The translations under genes were made by a program, and so were the position numbers. A stretch of DNA of 64,000 nucleotides from Pseudomonadota bacterium (GTDB taxonomy: Bacteria > Pseudomonadota > Gammaproteobacteria > Pseudomonadales > UBA5862): assembly GCA_034189125.1 (NCBI GenBank), contig JAXHVB010000018.1, forward strand, positions 775 to 64,774, given 5' to 3'. Below the pieces are notes generated by a model, which saw nothing but the letters and a program-made list of their open reading frames with translations, ran no database searches and was not told where the DNA came from. The stretch's first letter is position 1, and the number at the start of each line of letters is the position of its first letter. Shown here piece by piece: positions 36,801-43,026 of the stretch.

Positions 36801-37069
36801 CAGCGGGTTTGCAGCGCACCAATGGCGCGGTTGAGTGCCGCCGACTTTCCGGGCGTGGGTTCGGCGATCCACTCCAGCGGGACGTGTTCTTGCGATGGGT
36901 CGTGTTTGAAGCCATCGAGCAGAGCGTGGGTGTCATCCGTGCAGGCGTTGGCGATGACGAGAAGCCGGACCCCAGGCACCTGTTTGGCCTGGTTGAGTGC
37001 CCCGAGGGCGCGCCGCAGCAGGGCGGAGCGATTGTGGGTACAGATGACAACGGTCAGTGGCAACTCCAT
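33893..37069 (-). CDS. tripartite fusion: N-terminal GT2 glycosyltransferase / ~7-TM membrane domain / C-terminal sulfatase-like (alkaline-phosphatase superfamily) domain
   Basis: aa 1-260: LTVVICTHNRSALL, ANACTDDT, IVDDDQ and GEDSEF (GT2). aa ~265-535: hydrophobic helices. aa ~555-1058: NLLMLGSDTLRADRIG, TPRIDAL and NCYVPCARTAPSLLSLFTG (codons 35252-35272), YSDHG and WGQG. The sulfatase CxPxR position reads T-A-P-S-L. Confidence 0.8.
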   Translation of the reverse strand: MELPLTVVICTHNRSALLRRALGALNQAKQVPGVRLLVIANACTDDTHALLDGFKHDPSQEHVPLEWIAEPTPGKSAALNRAIGALQTRWATIVDDDQRVDPNFFTAIATGIDQHPTASMFCGRLLPDWDGTEPDWVHEQGKYRIYPLPVPQFDLGDQDHRLREGDARPSGGNLVLQTRIFAEIGGYSLELGPRGHDLGGGEDSEFLARALHHGERLYYLAGMRQRHHVEHDRLKRSYLLKKSYHRSKASMRIHTQRRKIPLYVWRLLIAHLARALFTFNPHKRHFYAMRLAATLGECAGVVAARQDHNRSHRRRQFWPRPRRPAGLAASGALLYAIGWFTNQDANTLAPTLGPAAGLATLFTAALTVKSVLHFSQTGPQIREEILNHYRRYTVFAVARLAAWSWLLIAFLASIGAVSWWALVQVFPTAESLAWGPWLAPLAAIAGTCSWRFCSMLLHQPAALVASISYRWSRLYPLWKQLTPGRLSVFGSALVAGACAPMVLALADAAAAGNWPAMATLAGAMLVLAGGLDWLLPDTRGPRLGPRRGRAHKSPPNLLMLGSDTLRADRIGAQRNGASLTPRIDALIAGGIGFTNCYVPCARTAPSLLSLFTGTWPHHHGVRDNFVSDAEVQIKSADLATILRDAGYQTAVVSDWCGADFGKFSFGFEQLDLPDDQWNLKYLIRQGPRDLRLFLSLFSQGCAGRQLLPELHFLGGIPTTDLLGQRTRAALNALGKSNKPFFLNTFFSTTHPPFGARHPYYTRFTSPDYAGESRFAMARLTDPFDIIERQGEAREEFDLDQVLNLYDSCVAEFDDEVGKVLDDLSARGMADNTIVVIYSDHGMEFFEHDTWGQGNSARGDASPRVPLVIADPRRAGRGRVTDLVRSIDLMPTLLELLELPVPQSVDGASVLPWWNSHSFTEVRPAINETGIWLTDLPGTPPGHLRYPQLLDLLEVSDKETGTLSIKAEHQADIVRAKDRMLCRDGWKLVYQPLEAGPMYLLFDLRTDPGCKFDVLDQHPKVGAGLIAELEQWLAQDPVMTPAVSDAAKASQRTAASKAR

Positions 37070-37076
37070 GGCCGGC

Positions 37077-38000
37077 CTACTGAGTCGGGGGAAGCGTCAG
37101 ACCGTGGCGCCGAATGGCGCCCAGCCATTCTTCCACCAGGCCGTCCTCAGTCCGCATGTCCCAAGGGTAGCCCGTGCGTTTGAACGGGTAGACGCCCGCC
37201 TCGACCGCACGGATCAACAGCGGCAGGTGCTCGACATAGGCTGCGTCGTGCTTCCAGGGGTGGATGGACCAGCTGTCGGTGCCAGTGGAGGTCCAGCGTC
37301 CCAAACCGCGCTCGCCCAAAGTGTGACTGATGCTGTCCTCAAGGGGCTCGCCGGGTTTGTGTTGCACCAGCGGCAGCAGCCGGTCTCGCCAACGGGCCTT
37401 GTGCAGGAGGAAGTAGCGGGTGCTCATGGTGGTGCAACGTTTCCATCCTTGGGGGCTTGTCTTGAGCGGGCGGTCAAGCAGGCGTTCCAGCCAGTTCCCG
37501 GCAATGGGTGGTCCGCCGCGCACAGTGACCATGGCGGCATCCGGGGTGCGTTCCATGAACTCGATGCCCGCCTCGATCCAGCACCAGTCGCTGCCACGGT
37601 GAAACAACATGTCGGAGTCGATGTGCAGGATGTAATCGCCCTGGCAACGGTCCAGGGCGTACAGGTACTGGTAGATCGGTGCACCGGAAAAATCGCGCAG
37701 GTCCATGTCGGCGGTCGCGAAATGCGTGGTCAGGATGCGGTGCTGTTCAGCCTCGCCCCAGGGGATCTCGTCGCAGCGATCAATCCAGCCTTCGGACTGC
37801 AACGCGCTCAGCAGGGTCTGCATGCCTTCGAGGTTGCCGCGGTTGCGCTCCAGGTACTTGCCGTCTGGCCGGCCGGGATCGAAGGCGACCAGCCGTTCCA
37901 CGAACGGGTAGTCGAAGGTGCGCAACACATGGCGCAAGGTGGGCCCGAAGAAATCCTGGTCGGTGACACAGGCGTTGACGGTGAAGCTGACCGTTGCCAT
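37077..38000 (-). CDS. hypothetical protein, possible GT-A-like nucleotide-sugar transferase
   Basis: 307-aa sense ORF with operon-consistent spacing (7 nt and 13 nt gaps). Its only recognisable element is a DxD-like ILHIDSDMLF. No confident family. Confidence 0.5.
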   Translation of the reverse strand: MATVSFTVNACVTDQDFFGPTLRHVLRTFDYPFVERLVAFDPGRPDGKYLERNRGNLEGMQTLLSALQSEGWIDRCDEIPWGEAEQHRILTTHFATADMDLRDFSGAPIYQYLYALDRCQGDYILHIDSDMLFHRGSDWCWIEAGIEFMERTPDAAMVTVRGGPPIAGNWLERLLDRPLKTSPQGWKRCTTMSTRYFLLHKARWRDRLLPLVQHKPGEPLEDSISHTLGERGLGRWTSTGTDSWSIHPWKHDAAYVEHLPLLIRAVEAGVYPFKRTGYPWDMRTEDGLVEEWLGAIRRHGLTLPPTQ

Positions 38001-38013
38001 TGGGTATCAATCC

Positions 38014-39009
38014 TCAGCCGGTGCTCCAGCGCTGCAGGTGCACGCATGCGTGGTTGTGCAGGCGGTAGTAGGCCCGCTTCAGTGGGGGCAGGCGGACCGT
38101 CGAGGTAACGATCGGGTAACCGAATTGCTTCAGGGTCTTCCCGACCGAACCTTCCAGGGTGCGCAGCTGCGATGGGGTCCATTGTTGGCGCCACTTTTCG
38201 GTGTTGCTGGCCTGCACGGGCTGCTGGAGCAGCGGTGTTTTGCCTGCCTCGCCGGACTTTTCAAAATGGATGACGCGGGGGTCGTACTCCATCTGCAGGT
38301 AACCACAGACCTGGCGAACCGTACCTTCAGGGTCGGTCAGGAGGTCTTCGTAGCGGATCTCCAGGTACTGGTTGCCGGCCATGTTTTGGCCCAACTCGTT
38401 GCCGATTTCGACGTACTGTTCCCATACTTTGGCGGCAAAATAGGGGTTGTACACGCCAAAATCGGTACCGCGCGCGAGCATGGAAGCGGCCACGTCGCGC
38501 CCGTCACGCACCAGGTGGATGAACTGGGCTTTGGGAAACCAGTCGAGGAGTTTCGGCATGTGCAGCACGTAGTATGGGGTCTTGTCTCCCCAGCGGTGTT
38601 TGCCCTCTCCGGCGGCATTCTTCTCGAACAGACCGGCAATCAGGTCACGCACAGTCCTCCGGCCTTCCGCCCAAAGTTCAGGGGCCAGGCGGTCAATGTC
38701 GAACTCGATGCCATGCAGGTCCGTGTCCAAGAATTGCGGGTTTCGTCTGTGCAGGTCTTGCAGAAAGGCCCGGATGCCGGTCTCGGTTTCGAGTGCTTTG
38801 AAACGGGTCTGGTCACGGTACAGTGGAACCAGGAAGTGGGACTCGCCGGTTGGCAGCGACAACTCCGGATGGGACCGCAGCATGTATTGCAGCAGGGTGG
38901 TTCCTGACCGGGGCGCCCCCACGATGAAAACCGGGGTCTCGCTTGACCTGGCCTGGGGATGGCCACCCACGGACTGGGCTCGGCTTGTCACCTGGGCGTC
39001 AGTGTGCAT
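38014..39009 (-). CDS. sulfotransferase (PAPS-dependent family)
   Basis: 5'-PSB loop FIVGAPRSGTTLLQYML and 3'-PB segment HLVRDGRDVAASML. ATG at 39009 gives an 11-nt overlap with the upstream GT2; ATG at 39063 is also possible. Confidence 0.8.
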   Translation of the reverse strand: MHTDAQVTSRAQSVGGHPQARSSETPVFIVGAPRSGTTLLQYMLRSHPELSLPTGESHFLVPLYRDQTRFKALETETGIRAFLQDLHRRNPQFLDTDLHGIEFDIDRLAPELWAEGRRTVRDLIAGLFEKNAAGEGKHRWGDKTPYYVLHMPKLLDWFPKAQFIHLVRDGRDVAASMLARGTDFGVYNPYFAAKVWEQYVEIGNELGQNMAGNQYLEIRYEDLLTDPEGTVRQVCGYLQMEYDPRVIHFEKSGEAGKTPLLQQPVQASNTEKWRQQWTPSQLRTLEGSVGKTLKQFGYPIVTSTVRLPPLKRAYYRLHNHACVHLQRWSTG

Positions 39010-40000
39010 GGGGGTCGGCCGGACCCGTGCTGACCGCCTGGACGGTGCCCACCGGCGGCTCAATGGGCTGGTGCCGGTCTTGCCAGAGGCCGTGCAAGGT
39101 CCCGAAAAAGTGCCACAGGATCATCTCCTGGGCAAATGCTTCCGGCGCCGGCTTGGTGAATCGCGCGGTCAGCGCACGCGCGCCGGCACGCAGGGTCTGT
39201 ACAACCAAGTAGGGAGGGATACCGCCGATCCGGCGTCTTGCCGGAACTCCGAGGGTGCGCGCCAGGTTGTGACTGGTTTGTCGCCGCCAGCGTCGGAAAT
39301 AGGACTTGCGGGTCCTGAAGGCTTCGATGCGGTGGTGCACGCGGGATTCCGGAACGTACACGAGCTTGGCGCCCGCAGCCAAGAATCGGGTGAACAGCTC
39401 GCTGTCTTCGCCGCTGGCCAGCTGATTTCCCCTGCGACCGCGGTGCACATCGAAGTCTCCGTGCTGGTCGATCAAGCGCCGTCGAATCGCCATGTTGGCA
39501 CCGAACGGCAGTTGCCCTGGGTGTTCGATCAGGTAGGGACGGGTGTCGACCTTGACCGCGAGAAAGCCGAAAAACCGTTCGGTGAGCCAAGCAGGGGGCG
39601 GGGTTTCCCAGTCAGGTGCAATGTACCCACCGCAGCCGTCGGCTTGCTCTCGCTCCAGGGCTGTCACTGTGGTTTGAATCCAGTTCGGCTCCGGACGCAC
39701 GTCGTCGTCGGTGAACAGCAACAGCTTGCCAGCGGCGGCGCGAATCCCGGCGTTGCGTGCGTGCGACAGACCCTGCTGAGGCTCGAAGACGTACCTGAGC
39801 TGTGGGACATTTTGCCCGCCGCGCTCGACCACGGTGCGGGTGTGGTCGGTGGAGTTGTTGTCCACCACCACCAACTCCCAGGGCCAGTCGGGTGGAACCA
39901 CTTGTGCGCCGAGCGCAGTCAAGGTGTGGCGCAACGAATCTGCACGGTTGTAGGTGCAGACGATGACGGATACCGCCGGGCGTTCGCCAGGGCCGGTCAT
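38999..40000 (-). CDS. GT2 glycosyltransferase
   Basis: VSVIVCTYNRADSLRHTLTAL, VVDNNSTD, LFTDDDV and GEDSELF. ATGA overlap with the upstream gene. Confidence 0.85.
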   Translation of the reverse strand: MTGPGERPAVSVIVCTYNRADSLRHTLTALGAQVVPPDWPWELVVVDNNSTDHTRTVVERGGQNVPQLRYVFEPQQGLSHARNAGIRAAAGKLLLFTDDDVRPEPNWIQTTVTALEREQADGCGGYIAPDWETPPPAWLTERFFGFLAVKVDTRPYLIEHPGQLPFGANMAIRRRLIDQHGDFDVHRGRRGNQLASGEDSELFTRFLAAGAKLVYVPESRVHHRIEAFRTRKSYFRRWRRQTSHNLARTLGVPARRRIGGIPPYLVVQTLRAGARALTARFTKPAPEAFAQEMILWHFFGTLHGLWQDRHQPIEPPVGTVQAVSTGPADPHAH

Positions 40001-40770
40001 GGTTGCCGGTGTCCGAGCCGGACAGCGAGGCGCTGGGTGAGGTAGCGCGCGCGGGCACGGCGGCTGCCATCATTGGTCCCGAGCGCCACTTTGTGCAGCA
40101 AGGCCGCTGGGCTGTCGGTTCCGAACACATCCAGTCGACGCAGCAAAAAGGGGTCGTCCCCTTGTTGATTGAACCCGCTGCGGGTGGTGAATGCGGCCGA
40201 ATAGCCGGCTTGGCGCGCTGCCTCGACGACGGCCGGACTGTGTTGTCCGTAGGGGTATGCAAGGAGCCGCGAGTCGAGCTCCAGCTCGTCGAGTGCTGCG
40301 CGACACACCTGCAACTCGTGCTGCAGCGCATGCGCCGGAAGGGTGGATAGGTCTGGGTGGGTGTGGCTGTGGGCATGGAATGAAAACCCCGAGCGCCCGA
40401 GCGCCTGTATGGCGGCAGGATCCAACAGCGGATGTGCGGGGGTGCTCCAGTCACTGGTGCCGCCGAGCTTGCCGGTCACCAGAAACACAGCAGCAGGCCA
40501 CTTGAGCGCGGCCAAGGTTGGGGCGGCGCAGTCCACGAGGTCGGCGTAGCCATCGTCAAAGGTGACCAACACTGAGCCCTCGGGCATGGTTCGGTGGCCC
40601 AGCAGCCAGTCCAGCGCGTCGGCGGCGCTGATGCCACGGTAGCCGGCAGAGGCCAACAGGCGCAGCTGGGCGGAGAAGCGCTCAGTGGCCACTGATTTTC
40701 CAGAGGATTCCCGCGCATGGGGTGGGCCAACGCGGTGGTACATCAGCACGGGAAGGCGCGTTGCGTTCAT
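39997..40770 (-). CDS. polysaccharide deacetylase (NodB homology domain)
   Basis: LPVLMYHRV, VLVTFDDGYADL and FSFHAHSHTHPDL carry the NodB Asp-Asp and His-His metal/catalytic motifs. Confidence 0.8.
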   Translation of the reverse strand: MNATRLPVLMYHRVGPPHARESSGKSVATERFSAQLRLLASAGYRGISAADALDWLLGHRTMPEGSVLVTFDDGYADLVDCAAPTLAALKWPAAVFLVTGKLGGTSDWSTPAHPLLDPAAIQALGRSGFSFHAHSHTHPDLSTLPAHALQHELQVCRAALDELELDSRLLAYPYGQHSPAVVEAARQAGYSAAFTTRSGFNQQGDDPFLLRRLDVFGTDSPAALLHKVALGTNDGSRRARARYLTQRLAVRLGHRQP

Positions 40771-41747
40771 GGTGACTGGTCTTGCAATGGCTTGCGCTCG
40801 GCGACTCGCACCAGGCGTTCGAACCAGCGCAAAGGCAAGAGCGCAGGGATCAGATAGCGCAGGTCTCTGGGCCCGGCGATCCCTGTGCTTAAGGTTTTTC
40901 GAAACAAAATCTGGGCGTCTTCGAACTGGCGTTGCCAGTAGGCTTTGTACGCCTCCCGCAGCAGATACCCATCGGTGAGGGCACGCAACCGCTTGCGGTC
41001 CAGATGGGCCACGGTGGCCGGATGGGTCGCAACAAATTGTTTGCGCACCTGCCAGGCATCAATCACCTGGCGCCATTTGGTTTTTGAGATCTGACCGCTC
41101 GAATGCCAGCGGTAGAACGCCAGGACTTCCGGGACCCGTGTCAGCCGTTGGGTGTGGGCGAAGACCTTGAGCCAGAACTGGTAGTCCATGGCAGAAAATC
41201 GGTCAGTGGAGAACCCGCCGACGGCCTGCAGGGTTTCTGTTCGCACCAAGGCAGCGTGGATCGGCCAGGGGCAGGTGCGAAGAAACTCCGCCGCGGTGTC
41301 CATTGCAAGGTAGTCCGGCGGGATGAATGGCGCCTGGCCTGGCGCGTCATCGCCAATGTTCTGCCAGCCACAGTACGCAAGGTCCGCAGAAGCGTCATCC
41401 AGAGCCGAGTTCAGGCGCGCCAGGCATTGGGGTGCCCAGAGGTCATCGGCGTCGAGGAAAGCGATGCGCGTTCCCCGGGCCGTCGCGATGCCACGGTTGC
41501 GCGCGGGGTAAGGTCCTTGGTTGGTTTGGGTCAGCAGGTGAATGTCGATCTCTGACCTGGCGGCCTTGGCCTGGACCCGTGCCCGGGTGTCGTCGCTGGA
41601 ACCGTCGTCAATGACCACCAATTCCAGCGGGCGGTGGGTTTGGCGGACCACCGAATCGATGGCCGGATCAATGTGGTCCGCGCTGTTGTAGGCGGGCATG
41701 ATGACGCTGATCAGGTCGTTGGCGGGCAAAACGCTGTGAGGCTCCAC
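40767..41747 (-). CDS. GT2 glycosyltransferase
   Basis: ISVIMPAYNSADHIDPAIDSVVRQT, LVVIDDGSSDDT and AFLDADD. Confidence 0.85.
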   Translation of the reverse strand: MEPHSVLPANDLISVIMPAYNSADHIDPAIDSVVRQTHRPLELVVIDDGSSDDTRARVQAKAARSEIDIHLLTQTNQGPYPARNRGIATARGTRIAFLDADDLWAPQCLARLNSALDDASADLAYCGWQNIGDDAPGQAPFIPPDYLAMDTAAEFLRTCPWPIHAALVRTETLQAVGGFSTDRFSAMDYQFWLKVFAHTQRLTRVPEVLAFYRWHSSGQISKTKWRQVIDAWQVRKQFVATHPATVAHLDRKRLRALTDGYLLREAYKAYWQRQFEDAQILFRKTLSTGIAGPRDLRYLIPALLPLRWFERLVRVAERKPLQDQSP

Positions 41748-41758
41748 TCGGTCCGTTG

Positions 41759-41776
41759 CACCGCCTGTTGGCGGTG
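41759..41776 (-). other. perfect intra-operon hairpin (7-bp stem, 4-nt loop) in the only 100-nt gap of the minus-strand GT block
   Basis: CACCGCC-TGTT-GGCGGTG at 41759-41776, between the GT4 stop (41848) and the GT2 start (41747). No U-tract follows on the transcribed strand, so it is not a classical terminator. Confidence 0.3.
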
Positions 41777-41847
41777 GATCGCGGGGTCGATCGATGCTTG
41801 GGTGCGGGCGCGATTTTCCCCCTCAGTGTAGCAGGCGGTCCGGGACA

Positions 41848-43026
41848 TCATTCGCCCTTCGATGGGGCCAGCAAGGCCGCGTAAATCTGCAGGCACCGCT
41901 GCGCCACCGCGTCCCAGGGAAACCTCCGTGCGTGGGCGCGGCAACGTGCGGGGTCGAAGTGCAGTTCGGCGCTCAGAAACTGGCGCAGTGCGCCGGTGAT
42001 GCTGGGTTCATCCGGTGTGTCGACGAAATACCCACTGACGCCCTCGTCGACCGCCTCAACCGCACCCGCAAGGCGTGCGGCGAGCACCGGAACCCCACAG
42101 GCATTGGCCTCCAGGTAGACAATACCGAATCCCTCGTGGCTGCCGGGCACCACGGAGGAACAGAGGATGAACAGGTCACTGGATCGCAACTCGCGGTGCA
42201 GTGCGGCGTCGCTGAGTCGGCCCAGAAATTCCACCTGTCTCGTTAGGCCAAGCTGCGCGGTCAGCTGTTCGAGCGCGCTCCTTTGGTAGCCGTCTCCGAT
42301 GATGCGGTACTGAAACGCTTGTGTGTCCTTCAATCGGGCAAGCGCGCGCAGCACAACGTCGAGGTTTTTGCGGGGTTCGGACAGGCGACTTACAGTGACC
42401 AGTTGCGCAGGCTGGCTGGTCTCGCGGGGGCGTGCGATTGGGTCGAGAAAAAAGCGCTCGGCCACACCGACATGGGCCACATGCAGGCGTTCGGCACATT
42501 CGGGATGGCGCTCCACCAAGGCGTTGGCGGTGTAGTGGCTGTTGGCGACCAGCGCCTGCAGGCCGCCGAGTTCATGGCGCAGCAGGCGTGGCGCGATCCA
42601 CCTGCGCCCCAGCTCACGGCGCAGTGGCTGCAGGCGGTCCGACAACCGCCACAGCCCCGGCACTTGCACGGGCATTGCCGCCCGCAGCCCATAGGGGCGC
42701 AAGAAATCGTTGCCGTGTACCGATGCCACCACCGGGCGCGTGCTGCTGTGGGCGAGGGCGCCGTACACGGCATTCATGGCGTGCCACAGGTCAACAGGCT
42801 GGCGCTGGATGATGTCCAGGTCGTGGCGCCAATCGAGGTTGAGCAGCGGGTGCACCCGCGCTCCAGGCACCTCGGCGCCAGCATGGGTGCGGCAAAAGAT
42901 GTCGAGTTCAATGTCATGCCCTGCAAGGGCCCGGCACAGTTCGAACGCATAGGTTTCCACGCCGCCGAGGTCGGGGGGGAACTCGGGTGCCAGCACCCCG
43001 AGGTGGAGCGGCTTGGTCACTGCCAA
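41848..43026 (-). CDS. GT4 glycosyltransferase
   Basis: LGVLAPEFPPDLGGVETYAFEL at the N-terminus and EGFGIVYLEANACGVPVLAARLAGAVEAV at the C-terminus. TTG at 43026 or GTG at 43020 as start. Confidence 0.85.
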   Translation of the reverse strand: MAVTKPLHLGVLAPEFPPDLGGVETYAFELCRALAGHDIELDIFCRTHAGAEVPGARVHPLLNLDWRHDLDIIQRQPVDLWHAMNAVYGALAHSSTRPVVASVHGNDFLRPYGLRAAMPVQVPGLWRLSDRLQPLRRELGRRWIAPRLLRHELGGLQALVANSHYTANALVERHPECAERLHVAHVGVAERFFLDPIARPRETSQPAQLVTVSRLSEPRKNLDVVLRALARLKDTQAFQYRIIGDGYQRSALEQLTAQLGLTRQVEFLGRLSDAALHRELRSSDLFILCSSVVPGSHEGFGIVYLEANACGVPVLAARLAGAVEAVDEGVSGYFVDTPDEPSITGALRQFLSAELHFDPARCRAHARRFPWDAVAQRCLQIYAALLAPSKGE

